Assembly: GCA_963976765.1 (NCBI GenBank)
Contig: CAXBME010000003.1
Span: 186,001 to 250,000, forward strand
Reading direction: 5' to 3'
Origin: an uncultured Planctomycetaceae bacterium
Lineage (GTDB): Bacteria > Planctomycetota > Planctomycetia > Planctomycetales > Planctomycetaceae
Length of the DNA stretch: 64,000 nt
A model generated the notes under the pieces. The model ran no database searches and was not told the DNA's origin. It saw nothing but the letters and a program-made list of their open reading frames with translations. The translations under genes and the position numbers were made by a program. Within the stretch, counting starts at the first letter, position 1. Every line of letters starts with the position of its first letter. Shown here piece by piece: positions 20,002-29,929 of this stretch.

Positions 20002-21492
20002 ATGATCCTGTCCCGCCTCAAAACTGATCGCCGCCTGGCCGCGACCACTGCAATCGCAGTCGTCTGGTTGGTATGCATCTTTGACTGGCTGTGGAGCGGG
20101 AAGATTCCGCAGGCGGGGCTCGGAACAGGTTTCGCAATCTCTGCATTGACAGCCGGCTTATGGGCACGGCGGGCTTACCGGAATCGATTGACGCAGCAAT
20201 TTCTGTCGGCGGCCACTTTGAGCGTCGCTTATCTTCCAATCTGGCAGTTCACTGTCTTCACGCTTGATCTGCTTGAACTGGCAGAAGCTCGCGCGGTGTC
20301 GGCCCGGATTGGAACAGCGGCAGCCTACTTTATCGGGCTCGGCTGGGTCGTCTGGGGGCTGGAACGAACGGCTCGCCGATTCGATCTTGAACGGCTGAAG
20401 TTGCAGGCGGAAGTGACTGTCCGCGACTTGTCGGAACGGTCGCCAGTCAATTCTGAAACGCCGCACGACCATCCGCAAAAAGAGAAAGTCTCGAACCCGC
20501 TCGACCCGGAAGCATGGTACTACGGCAAGAAGTCGAAGCGGCTGAATCAGTCGGTGGCTGCGTTCCTGGGTTACTCGCTGGCATTCTTCGTGGCGTTTCT
20601 GATTCTGACTCAAGTCGGCGGCTGTGAAGACATTTACGAGATGCCGGCCGGCGGGGGCGAACAGCAGCAGATTGCGCAGGTCGTCAAAGTTCAGAAGGTG
20701 ATCCGTAAGAAGTTTGTCGTGAACCCGTTCGCGTCGATCAGTTTCAACATTCCGCCAATCGACGAAATCCAGCTTCAGCTGACGGAAATAACGAAGCACC
20801 ATTACACCGTTGGCTACGGAGCCGGTGCCGGAGCGGGGTTCGCTGGCGGCACGAAGGCCGGCAAGGTTCGGTTCATCCGGCTTGAGTACCTCGGCGGTGA
20901 CTGGGACCAGGACTTCGGAATCGGCGCCGACGTCAACATGCTCATTGAATATGGCATCCGGACTCAGCAGAAAGTTGAGAAGCAGACCGAGTCGCGCACG
21001 GTCTCTCAGCTAAAGCTGTTTCCGGTCGGCAAGAGCCCACCGTTTGTTTACATGACCGGTCAGAAGAGTATTCAGTTGTCGAAGTCGGAGATCAAAGTTC
21101 TTCGCGAATACATCCTCGACAAACACGGAATGCTGTTCGGCGATAACGGTGGCAGCCGAGGCTGGCACAGTCAGTTTCTTTCGATGATGCAGCAGGTGCT
21201 GCCGAACGTTCGCCCGACGCCGATTCCGCTCGATGATGTCATTCACCGAATTCCGTTTCAGATTCCGTTTCTGCCGTACGTCGCTCCACACGGAGGGAAA
21301 GAGGCACTCGGGTGGCGAGTCGATGGCCGGCTTGTCTGCTACTACCATCCCGGAGACATCGGTGATGCCTGGGCGGACGACCATTCGGGTGTCTCGGCAG
21401 AAGTCTGGGAAGCGTGTTATCAGCTTGGTACGAACGTGATCTTTTATGCTCACACGGAGTATGCGAAATGGCTCGAAGCGCGACGCGAGTAA
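20002..21492 (+). CDS. Membrane protein with a C-terminal DUF4159-like domain
   Basis: Several N-terminal TM helices; FIRLEYLGGDWD, PPFVYMTG, LREYILDKHGMLFGD, DIGDAW, YQLGTNVIFYA resemble DUF4159. Confidence 0.75.
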   Translation: MILSRLKTDRRLAATTAIAVVWLVCIFDWLWSGKIPQAGLGTGFAISALTAGLWARRAYRNRLTQQFLSAATLSVAYLPIWQFTVFTLDLLELAEARAVSARIGTAAAYFIGLGWVVWGLERTARRFDLERLKLQAEVTVRDLSERSPVNSETPHDHPQKEKVSNPLDPEAWYYGKKSKRLNQSVAAFLGYSLAFFVAFLILTQVGGCEDIYEMPAGGGEQQQIAQVVKVQKVIRKKFVVNPFASISFNIPPIDEIQLQLTEITKHHYTVGYGAGAGAGFAGGTKAGKVRFIRLEYLGGDWDQDFGIGADVNMLIEYGIRTQQKVEKQTESRTVSQLKLFPVGKSPPFVYMTGQKSIQLSKSEIKVLREYILDKHGMLFGDNGGSRGWHSQFLSMMQQVLPNVRPTPIPLDDVIHRIPFQIPFLPYVAPHGGKEALGWRVDGRLVCYYHPGDIGDAWADDHSGVSAEVWEACYQLGTNVIFYAHTEYAKWLEARRE

Positions 21493-23105
21493 AACGTCTG
21501 AGCGTAGCGGCGATTCTGGTCGCTCTTATTCTTCTACCCAACCGGTCTGCCGACGCTCAGAAGCTGGACGTCCTGTCACTCGAAGGCTGGGCGAAGCTGC
21601 GCGAAGTCGAACGCTACCAGATGAAGATCGCAGAAAAGTATTTCCTGGAAAAGAACTACAAGGTCGCGGCCAGCGAGTACGAAAAGTTTCTCTCGCTGTA
21701 CGAAACCAGCGAAGGGGCACCTTATTCGCTGCTGAAGTGGAGTCTGTGCCTCGTCGAGCAGAAGAAACCGAACACGGCAATTTCGGAAGGGTTCCAGTCG
21801 ATCATCGATTACTGGCCTGATTCTCCGGAAGCCATCGCGTCGGCCTTCTACATTGCTCGTGCCTACAAAGACATGGGCGAGGTTCGGAAAGCAAAGAAAG
21901 CCTTTAAAGACGTTGTTTCCAAACACGGAGATCATCTTGTTGCGGTGTACTCGCTGGTCGATCTGGCGGACCTCGCGTCGATCGACCAGGACGAAGATGA
22001 ACAGGTGGCCGCGTGGCGGAAGCTGACGTTCGACGTTGACAGGACGAAAGAGTCAAAACACTTTTGCGAGAAGGCTTCGCAGCAGCTGGCAGCCTGGAGC
22101 TTCACTGCCGGGAAAGTGGACGACGGCGTCAAAGCTTTGGCGACCTCGTACCCGGAAGAGGAGTTGCCAACTCGCGTACGGGATTATGTCCGAGCGTCGA
22201 TCGACGAACTGGTCCGTAGCGACGAAACACGCGAGCAGGGTTACGCACTGGCTGACAAAGTGGTTTCGTGGATTCGTCAGCAGGTCCCAGCCGGTTCGGA
22301 AACAGAAGAAAAAGTGCTGGCGAAGAATTACTGGCTACTTAGCGCCGACATTCTGAGCTTCTCGAAGCGGCCTGACAAAGTCCGGGAAACGTTCGAGCAG
22401 ATTCAGAAGAAATTCGGAGCGGACGACGCCATCCTGCAACGACTCGGTGACTGGCTGAAGTCCCAGGGCGAGCACGACAAGGCCCGCATCGAGTACGCGA
22501 AGTTTGAAAACAAGATCGAAGGCAACAACCAGATCGCATCCAGCTTCCGTCAGGAGCAGAAATGGGAGCAGGCCGTCACTGCCTACACCCGTAACCTGGA
22601 ACTCGATCAGGACAACCAGGCAACGTGGAACCAGCGAATCGCTGAAACCTGGCGAGACGGACGAAAGATTCCTCAGGCCGTCGCGGTTTATCGCGAGCTG
22701 ATTTCGACTGACCCGGACCGAGCGGAAACGTGGCTGTGGAACGTGGCCTACACGTACCACCACTACGGCGGCAATTTCAAAGAAGCCATCGGCTCGTATC
22801 GTCAGTGCAATAATTTTCCGAACAACATTCAGCAGATGGCCGACTGCCACCGACGGTTGAAAGAATACTCAGAAGCGATTGGCCTCTACGGACAGATCAT
22901 CGGTGGTTCAGATTCGATGGCTCCGTGGGCACTGCTTCAGATCGGCTACACCCACGAGCAGGCAGGTTCAAAAGAGAAAGCGATTCAAGCCTTTCAGTCA
23001 GTCTGCAAACGCTTCCCCAAAGATCGCCACGCCAGCCTCGCGCACGCCGTCCTGCAGGACAAGTACGGAATCAGCGTCACTCTCGGCGGCGCGAAGGACG
23101 AATAG
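21468..23105 (+). CDS. Exported tetratricopeptide-repeat protein
   Basis: Signal-like N-terminus, repeated TPR-like helical pairs (ASAFYIARAY, WALLQIGYTHE, FQSVCKRFP); GGAG RBS before ATG 21468. Confidence 0.82.
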   Translation: MARSATRVKRLSVAAILVALILLPNRSADAQKLDVLSLEGWAKLREVERYQMKIAEKYFLEKNYKVAASEYEKFLSLYETSEGAPYSLLKWSLCLVEQKKPNTAISEGFQSIIDYWPDSPEAIASAFYIARAYKDMGEVRKAKKAFKDVVSKHGDHLVAVYSLVDLADLASIDQDEDEQVAAWRKLTFDVDRTKESKHFCEKASQQLAAWSFTAGKVDDGVKALATSYPEEELPTRVRDYVRASIDELVRSDETREQGYALADKVVSWIRQQVPAGSETEEKVLAKNYWLLSADILSFSKRPDKVRETFEQIQKKFGADDAILQRLGDWLKSQGEHDKARIEYAKFENKIEGNNQIASSFRQEQKWEQAVTAYTRNLELDQDNQATWNQRIAETWRDGRKIPQAVAVYRELISTDPDRAETWLWNVAYTYHHYGGNFKEAIGSYRQCNNFPNNIQQMADCHRRLKEYSEAIGLYGQIIGGSDSMAPWALLQIGYTHEQAGSKEKAIQAFQSVCKRFPKDRHASLAHAVLQDKYGISVTLGGAKDE

Positions 23106-23233
23106 GCAAGTCAGCCTTTCCTGATCGACTTGCGTCCGACATTTCACCGACCAGCTTTCGCTGATCGGAGTGCCGTAAGAAAAACCTCTGCTACGTTGAC
23201 ACTCGCTCGGCGGAAGTGTCACCTGGCGAGTGT

Positions 23234-25324
23234 TCACTCGCCCGCGGGCGCGACGCTGACCCATAGTGGGTCGGCTGCGAAAGACGTCTTCATGACGAAG
23301 TTCAGCGACACATTCGCCGTCACGGGAATGAGCTGCCGATCGACGGGAGCAGCATCGGCTGCAGCGGTGATGACAACATGGCCACTGACATTTTTGCCGG
23401 TGATCAGTTTCGAACTCTTGCTTTCGTCGAACTTCACGCCGGGCGGAAATGTGTTGCAGAATTCCGACAGATGAAAGAATCGCATGTCGAGTGAGACGTT
23501 CTTGTCGAAGCCCTCCGCACGTTCGATGGTGACTTCAATCTTCTTCGACTCGCCCGGTTTCAGAATGACGTCGTGGTCGCTGAGTTTTACAGCCCGGACA
23601 TCCTGCGGAGCTCCGATCGAAACAGTGTGAGAATCAGCAGGCCAGTGACCGCGTCCGCCGCCAGGTTGATACATCTCCTGGTAGACCGACGCGACGGCTT
23701 CGAACTCCAGCGGCTCGGCATCGTCAGCAGGTTTCCACGATGAAGTTCCGAAGATGCGGACGTTGCCGACCGACTGCTTCGCGTCCGGAGCGGCTCGCAG
23801 GATGATGCAGCCGTCTCGGCCTTTGTCCGGGAGGATCCTGCCGCAGACGGCTTCGACACCTGCTGGCAGACCTTCGATGTGAAGCTGGATATCTCCCGTG
23901 AACCCGTTCTTCCGTTCAACCTGCACGTAGACGACGCCATTGGAACCAGGGGCGAGCAGCGTCTTATCCGTGTCAGCGTAAAGCCGGAAGTGAGGTTCGG
24001 CTTTAGTGGCTTCGATGAAGTAGGCGTAGCTGGCGCCGCCTCGCAGATGCATGTCGCGGATTTCGATCGCGTATTCACCATCGGCAGGCACTGTCCAGTT
24101 CTCGATGCGCGAGTCGGCGAACGAACGTTTGAAGTCTCGGAGATCGTCGTTTTCAGAAAGCTGCCTGCCGTCTAGATTGATGATCCGCAGGTAAGGGTCG
24201 AGCGACGACTGGTAGCGTCTGGCTCGAACTTCAAATGTGAACTTCTCACCCTTCTTTGCTTCAAAACGAAAACAGTCGACGTCGCTGTCTTCAGAAATGC
24301 GACCATTGATGCCGGACGGAATCGTGACCTGCTGCGCCCCTTCCGGGGTTGTGTTGTCGACATCTGATTCCAGAGTGACCGGTAGCGTTGTCGCAAAAGC
24401 GGCGACGGGGTTTGTGACGTTGTCGTTCAGGACCAACCGTTCCCAGACTGGTCCAGCAGGAGTGTCAGCGGGGAGCGTTACTTTGCTCTGCGTGCCCTCC
24501 GGCAGCGAAGTGCCGACGAGTTCGACGCTGGCTTCCTGACCGATTGGAATGCCCATCGGGTAGACGTTTGAAACGAACGGTCGGTCGGTGACTTCAACCG
24601 AGTATTCCCAGTACGTGTTTCCGTGGTATCGAACGTCACGAATTTCGAGAAAGTATTCTCCGGCTCGATCAAATTTTACGGACAGAAACGGGTCTCCGAA
24701 AAAGTAGTTGTCGCTGGCGGCGACGGTTCCACCCATCGTATTCCGGATGGTGATCATCGGATCGGCATGTCGCTGCATGTCGTGGATGCGGTCCTGAAGC
24801 CGTGCGCAGCGGACGTGAAAGTTCAACTCAGTGCCAGCTTCAACGTTGAATTTGAAGAAGTCGACATCTTCGTTGGCTTCGATGACTCCGCAGACCGTTG
24901 CGGGGATCGGCAATTCAGTGGCTTCGTGGCGCGTATTGTTTTTTGCGGTTTCGTAGACGATCGGATCCTGCGCGATGACCAGTTGTCCGACCGTACTGAT
25001 GCCCTGGGGCGTTGCAATCTTGACATCGCGGACTCCGGGCATGGCGGATGCGTCGACCGTGAATCGAACCTTCATCTTCGTCAGGCTGGGAGTTTCGCCG
25101 TCCTTCTTTTCCGGATGCAGAACTTCGCCCGAAACGCCGTCGCCACTTATCAGAACCTGATACGCGTCAAACATGCTGTAGCGAGTGTGAAACTCGATTT
25201 CGGAAGCAGTGCCCACCTGCGCGGCGGTTGGCTTCAGGCTCATAATCATCGGGTAGCCTGTCTGTGCCATGACGAGTTGCGGCAACAGTGTCAGAATTAC
25301 GATGAAAAGAAGTAGCAATTTCAC
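23234..25324 (-). CDS. Exported PPC (pre-peptidase C-terminal)-domain repeat protein
   Basis: Repeated EDVDFFKF/SDVDCFRF...GEYFLEIRD/GEYAIEIRD modules; signal peptide after GTG 25324. The ORF-track start (25483) lies within an inverted-repeat element, so the start is approximate. Confidence 0.78.
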   Translation of the reverse strand: MKLLLLFIVILTLLPQLVMAQTGYPMIMSLKPTAAQVGTASEIEFHTRYSMFDAYQVLISGDGVSGEVLHPEKKDGETPSLTKMKVRFTVDASAMPGVRDVKIATPQGISTVGQLVIAQDPIVYETAKNNTRHEATELPIPATVCGVIEANEDVDFFKFNVEAGTELNFHVRCARLQDRIHDMQRHADPMITIRNTMGGTVAASDNYFFGDPFLSVKFDRAGEYFLEIRDVRYHGNTYWEYSVEVTDRPFVSNVYPMGIPIGQEASVELVGTSLPEGTQSKVTLPADTPAGPVWERLVLNDNVTNPVAAFATTLPVTLESDVDNTTPEGAQQVTIPSGINGRISEDSDVDCFRFEAKKGEKFTFEVRARRYQSSLDPYLRIINLDGRQLSENDDLRDFKRSFADSRIENWTVPADGEYAIEIRDMHLRGGASYAYFIEATKAEPHFRLYADTDKTLLAPGSNGVVYVQVERKNGFTGDIQLHIEGLPAGVEAVCGRILPDKGRDGCIILRAAPDAKQSVGNVRIFGTSSWKPADDAEPLEFEAVASVYQEMYQPGGGRGHWPADSHTVSIGAPQDVRAVKLSDHDVILKPGESKKIEVTIERAEGFDKNVSLDMRFFHLSEFCNTFPPGVKFDESKSSKLITGKNVSGHVVITAAADAAPVDRQLIPVTANVSLNFVMKTSFAADPLWVSVAPAGE

Positions 25325-25377
25325 GAAGGTGGCAAATCTGGTGATCACTCCAGATCGAACGCGTGAAATTCCTGAAC

Positions 25378-25523
25378 CCTGACACAAAATCACGAAGCCG
25401 CAAAGATTCGCGAAGAGCTTCACTGCACTTCGCCATGCAGGCGGGAAGGTGTCGACAAACGCGGCTCTGCAGATGTTTGGCATTTCTTTGCGGTCCTTTG
25501 CGGCTTCGTGATTTTGCGTCAGG
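25378..25523. repeat. 146-bp element bounded by 28-bp inverted repeats (MITE/REPIN-like)
   Basis: CCTGACACAAAATCACGAAGCCGCAAAG (25378-25405) and its reverse complement with one mismatch (25496-25523). Confidence 0.75.
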
Positions 25524-25568
25524 TCAGAATGTTCGCAGACTCCGACCCGGTATTTGTGAAACCTGAAT

Positions 25569-28058
25569 TCAATGGACGAAGAGGAAATACTTCGAATTCA
25601 TCAGCCCCCACAGAATGTCCTCGTAGCCTTCCTGAGGAGTCGGTAATTCTTTGACATATTCAATGCTGGTTTGAAGTTCGGCGTCACGGGGCGGTCGGCA
25701 AAGGGATGCCTGGTAGAGTTCCCGAACGATCTCTTCTGGAGATTTCTTCTCGGCGATCAGACGGGCGATGCGGCCATTCCTGTCGGCTAGTTTTGTCGTC
25801 AGCGTGTCGCCATTAAGTGTGTGCAGCGCCTGGACGAGGTTCTCATCGGGCGAACGTTCACACTCGCAGACGCTCGCCCGGCGAGGCTTGGCGAAGGTGT
25901 TCAGGAAGTAGTTGGGGTATTCAGCGTCGGGCAATTCAGTCGCTCGCGTGCCCGCGGGAAGATTCTTGAACTTGGTTGGCGAACCGGTCACCTGATCGAT
26001 CGCGTCGAGCAGCGGTTCGGCCGGCAGTCGCTTGACGTGGTAGTGACTGTAGAACCTCTGGTCGAGAATGTTCTGCTCGGTCGGTTGCGAATCAAGCTGG
26101 TAGAGCCGCGACGTCATGATGACTCGGATCAGCTGTTTCAGGTCAAAGCCGCTTTCAGCGAAGTGTTTCGCAAGAGCGTCCATCAGTTCGGGGTTTGTCG
26201 GCGGATTTGTCGAACGCAGATCGTCGACAGGCTCGACGAGACCTCGACCGAGCAGGTAACCCATGTAGCGATTAACAATGCTCTTCGCGAAATAGCCGTT
26301 GTCTTTGGCCGTCAGCCAGTCGGCGAGCGCAATACGGCGATCGAGCGGGTGATCAGTCGGTTCGCCTTCAAGCGGCGTTGGCTGCATGCGCTGGCGGGTT
26401 CGAGGGTTCGAGGCTTCACCGGAAGTCTTGACAATGACGACGGACTCGTTGCCGAACAGGCCGAACTCTTCGCTGCGTTTTGTGCCAACTCGGGAGAAGA
26501 ATGCAGAGAAGGCGTAGTAGTCGTCCTGCCCGTACTTTTCGAATGGATGATGGTGACACTTCGCACATTCCAGGCGGACGCCGAGAAAGAGCTGCGCCGT
26601 CGATTCAGTCAGTTCGGTCGTGTTGCGAAAAATGCGGAAGTAGTTGGCCGGGCCGCTGGAGTAGGTCGAGCCTTTCGCGGTGACCAGTTCTCTCACAAAC
26701 TTGTCGAACGTACGATTCGTCCGGAAGGCTTCCTTCATCCAGTTGTGCATGGACCACATGGCCTGCTCCTGGCCGCCGCCGTTGCTGGTGTTGCGGATCA
26801 GATCGGACCACTTAAGCGTCCACCACGCCGCGTAGTTATCGTTATGAACGTCGCGAAGCGGGTCGCCAGTCAGGCCCAGGAGTTCGTCAACCAGTTGCGC
26901 ACGCTTGTCAGGATCGGACTTTGCATGGAAGGCGGCGGTCTGTTCGATCGTTGGCAGGCTGCCGGTGGCGTCAAGGAACGCTCGCCGGACGAAAGTGGCG
27001 TCGTCGCAGAGCGGCGAAGGTTCGATGCCCAGCTCGCGGAATTTCTTTTCGGCGAGTTCGTCGACGAAGTTGTTGTTCTGCCAGCCAGCGAGTTCGACCG
27101 ATTCATCATACGGAACGACGAACATGGCGATGCCGGCCTGACCTTCGAAGCGGACCATGACCGGTGCCTGGCCTTTGCCGTGAGTTCTGACAAAGCCCGT
27201 GCCGGAAACATCGAGCATGGCTTCGTCCATTGAATCAAAGAGTGCCAGAGCGGTGACGTCTCGGATGGTTCCGTCGGCGTAGGTGGCTTCGACTCGGAGT
27301 TGCTGGGACAGACCCTGCTGGCCCACCCGTTGTTTCGGGAAGACTGAAAGAGCGGTCACGGCCGCCGGTTCTTTCTTCGGAGCCGGAGCCCCGTTCTTAA
27401 GCCACGCGACGAGTGTCTGATGTTCGACAGACATCGGAGCCAGGCGTTTTCCACCTCCGTGTGGGACGGTCATTGCCGGCTTGAGCAGGAACAGGCTCTG
27501 TTCCGGAGCGACCATGTTAACGCGTCGCTGGTGCCGGTCACGGATGATGGCGTCGTGGTCGGCGTTCGGGTCGAAGCCAAACACCGACAGTTTGAATCCG
27601 CCCTGGCCGTACTGCGTGGCATGGCAGGCTCCCATGTTGCAGCCAGCCTTCGTGAGGATCGGCGCAATGTCGCGGACAAATTCTGTGGCAGGATTTTCCT
27701 CGACGCCGGATACGACAACGCTTCTTTCAATCAACTGGTCACCAACTTTGATGGTCAGCTTTGTCTCTCCGTTCGCGATGCCGAGCAACTGGCCGTGCTC
27801 GTTAACTGTGACGATCGACGTGTCAGCAGCGGTGTAGGCAGCGTCGGTGGTCAGGTCTGCCGAGGTGTCAGTTACTTTGAGAGATGCGTCGGTCTGAGTG
27901 ACGACGAGCTGAACGCGTTCAAAGTTACCGTCGAGGCGGATGACGCTGGGGGAAACGGCAAATGGCTCGGCAGCGGTCGCCAATGACGTCGAAGTGGTGA
28001 ATGTCGTCGAAGCGGCGACTGACAAGAGCAACACCAGATCGCGGAAGGAGTGTTTCAT
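25569..28058 (-). CDS. DUF1549/DUF1553 planctomycete protein with Ig-like domains
   Basis: GCNMGACH, GGFKLS, FVRRAFLDATG, QLFLGVRLECAKCHHHP, IVNRYMGYLLGRGLVEPVDD, DLKQLIRVIMTSRLYQ, CECER; signal peptide. Confidence 0.9.
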   Translation of the reverse strand: MKHSFRDLVLLLSVAASTTFTTSTSLATAAEPFAVSPSVIRLDGNFERVQLVVTQTDASLKVTDTSADLTTDAAYTAADTSIVTVNEHGQLLGIANGETKLTIKVGDQLIERSVVVSGVEENPATEFVRDIAPILTKAGCNMGACHATQYGQGGFKLSVFGFDPNADHDAIIRDRHQRRVNMVAPEQSLFLLKPAMTVPHGGGKRLAPMSVEHQTLVAWLKNGAPAPKKEPAAVTALSVFPKQRVGQQGLSQQLRVEATYADGTIRDVTALALFDSMDEAMLDVSGTGFVRTHGKGQAPVMVRFEGQAGIAMFVVPYDESVELAGWQNNNFVDELAEKKFRELGIEPSPLCDDATFVRRAFLDATGSLPTIEQTAAFHAKSDPDKRAQLVDELLGLTGDPLRDVHNDNYAAWWTLKWSDLIRNTSNGGGQEQAMWSMHNWMKEAFRTNRTFDKFVRELVTAKGSTYSSGPANYFRIFRNTTELTESTAQLFLGVRLECAKCHHHPFEKYGQDDYYAFSAFFSRVGTKRSEEFGLFGNESVVIVKTSGEASNPRTRQRMQPTPLEGEPTDHPLDRRIALADWLTAKDNGYFAKSIVNRYMGYLLGRGLVEPVDDLRSTNPPTNPELMDALAKHFAESGFDLKQLIRVIMTSRLYQLDSQPTEQNILDQRFYSHYHVKRLPAEPLLDAIDQVTGSPTKFKNLPAGTRATELPDAEYPNYFLNTFAKPRRASVCECERSPDENLVQALHTLNGDTLTTKLADRNGRIARLIAEKKSPEEIVRELYQASLCRPPRDAELQTSIEYVKELPTPQEGYEDILWGLMNSKYFLFVH

Positions 28059-28464
28059 AGGAAACTCCTGACGGGGGAACTGAGCAGCGTGAGGTCGATT
28101 GAGGCGGGGGATGCAGAATACGCATCAACAAACATTATTACGACACGAGAGCCGGTTCGCCAACACTGCGTTGCCAGCGGAGAGTGAGCTGGCGAGCCGG
28201 GCGTTATTTCCCGTTTCCTGTTTTTCTTTTCGCAGAGTGTGTATTGCGCAATATTTGTGCCAGAGACTGACGTTGCTTCGCCGGCGTTGTTCGGAGAATC
28301 TTCACAAAGTAGGGAAGCTCAACTGGCCGTTCCATTGTAATTCAGGCCATTTTCATGGTTTCTGCGCAGGAGATGCCACCCGGGACAGACATTGTTTCCT
28401 TTGTGGCCATCCTGCAGAACGCTGAAAACGAATACCGAAAGTGCTCTGAATTGGGAGCAGCGCA

Positions 28465-28743
28465 ATGAGTCGATGGCAATGTTGGCCTCCGAGGAATTCA
28501 ACGCTCTGGCGAACGTCGGCAGCTTTCTGGCTGCTGAACGCCGCGTTCAACGGTGTAACGGCAAGTGTGTCGGCAACTCCGTTGGTTTATCTGGCATTGG
28601 GCGGGATCAACGTTTTTCTATCAGGTCTTTCGTACTTCGTCAGTAATCAGTATCGACGAGTTGAGTCGTCTCCCGGTGAGCCAGGCGGACGATGTCAGTT
28701 GCCTTTGCCGAATTCTCGAGTGTCGGATTTGACCGTTGAATGA
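28465..28743 (+). CDS. Possible small membrane protein
   Basis: GGAG RBS 7 nt before ATG; two hydrophobic stretches; ends 27 nt before the CYTH gene. No recognisable family. Confidence 0.4.
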   Translation: MSRWQCWPPRNSTLWRTSAAFWLLNAAFNGVTASVSATPLVYLALGGINVFLSGLSYFVSNQYRRVESSPGEPGGRCQLPLPNSRVSDLTVE

Positions 28744-28770
28744 GTATTCTGAACAAGGGAAACACAGCGA

Positions 28771-29328
28771 ATGCAGTATGAAGTGGAACTAAAGTTCCGG
28801 CTCGGTGAACAGGCCGAGACAACCGTCGCTCAGCTGATTGAGTTCGGGGCCACAGAAATCGGCGAGTTTCGACAAACCGACCACTATTTCAATCATCCGG
28901 TGCGTGACTTCGCGACGACGGACGAGGCACTCAGGATTCGCTCGGTCGGAAATCAGAACTGGTTGACCTGGAAAGGGCCGAAGATTGGCCAGCAGACCAA
29001 GACTCGTCGTGAAATCGAGCCTGCTCTGGGCGATGGCTCGAAAACGGCGGATGAGATTGCCGAAGTCCTGACGATCCTGGGATTTCACTCCGTCGCAGTT
29101 GTGCGGAAGCTGCGAAAACAGTTTGCAATCGAACGGGATGGTCGCCATTTCGAGCTGGCGTTTGACCAGGTCGACGGAGTTGGCGAGTTTCTGGAAGTCG
29201 AACTGCTGGCAGAGAAGGTTGATTTAGAAGCAGCTCAACAGGCGTTGAAAAGTCTGTGTAGGGAGATTGGCCTCGAAGACTCAGCCGTTGAACGGAGATC
29301 GTATCTGCGCATGCTGCTGGGCAGCTAA
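28771..29328 (+). CDS. cyaB: CYTH-domain protein (class IV adenylate cyclase-like)
   Basis: EVELK N-terminal motif, QTDHYF, EALRIR, LTWKGP, TRREIE, FLEVE, RRSYL. Confidence 0.9.
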   Translation: MQYEVELKFRLGEQAETTVAQLIEFGATEIGEFRQTDHYFNHPVRDFATTDEALRIRSVGNQNWLTWKGPKIGQQTKTRREIEPALGDGSKTADEIAEVLTILGFHSVAVVRKLRKQFAIERDGRHFELAFDQVDGVGEFLEVELLAEKVDLEAAQQALKSLCREIGLEDSAVERRSYLRMLLGS

Positions 29329-29490
29329 GGAAGGCATCGCCCCTGGGGCTGGCCGAGCGACGGGTTCTGGAAGGATTGCCCAGACAGAAGTTGAGTGGAA
29401 TCGCGATCTGGCGTACCATTCCGCCGTCTGGCGAAGCTGACAGGGAGACTTCGTCGACACCCCTTCCCGTAATTGCAGGAGAGAGCCGAC

Positions 29491-29775
29491 ATGGAAGTCA
29501 ACGGAATCGGCCCCATTAGTGGCAGCCAGCCTGTCCGAAAAGTCGCTCAGCCAGCGACTCCGCCGCCAGCAGCAGAAGCACGCCCAACGTCGCCGACAGA
29601 CGAACTGGAGCTGACGTCAGTCAATCCGGCCGCTGGCGAAGTTGACCTGAAGGCGGAGTTTCAGTCGCAGCGGATCGCACAGATTCAACAGCAGATTGCT
29701 GACGGAACATACGAAACTCCGGAAAAGCTGGATATCGCCGTCGATCGAATGCTGGAAAGTCTGCTGGCTGAATAG
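29491..29775 (+). CDS. flgM: Anti-sigma-28 factor FlgM family
   Basis: DELELTS...RIAQIQQQIADGTYETPEKLDIAVDRML C-terminal FlgM pattern; AGGAG RBS. Confidence 0.82.
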   Translation: MEVNGIGPISGSQPVRKVAQPATPPPAAEARPTSPTDELELTSVNPAAGEVDLKAEFQSQRIAQIQQQIADGTYETPEKLDIAVDRMLESLLAE

Positions 29776-29929
29776 ACGCAGACAATGGTCAATTGCCGAT
29801 ACAGTTTGCTGATTGCATGACTGGGAATTTGTCTCAGTGGTCTGTCGTTTTTGTGCGCGATGAGGCTGTTTTGGCTGGACTCAGCCAGAACTGGTTTGCC
29901 CCTGACCGGGGCGAGTCCCGGAGGATGTT

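Noticed and set aside
25821..27233. 470-aa + strand ORF
   Set aside because: Antisense to the DUF1549/1553 gene; no motifs.
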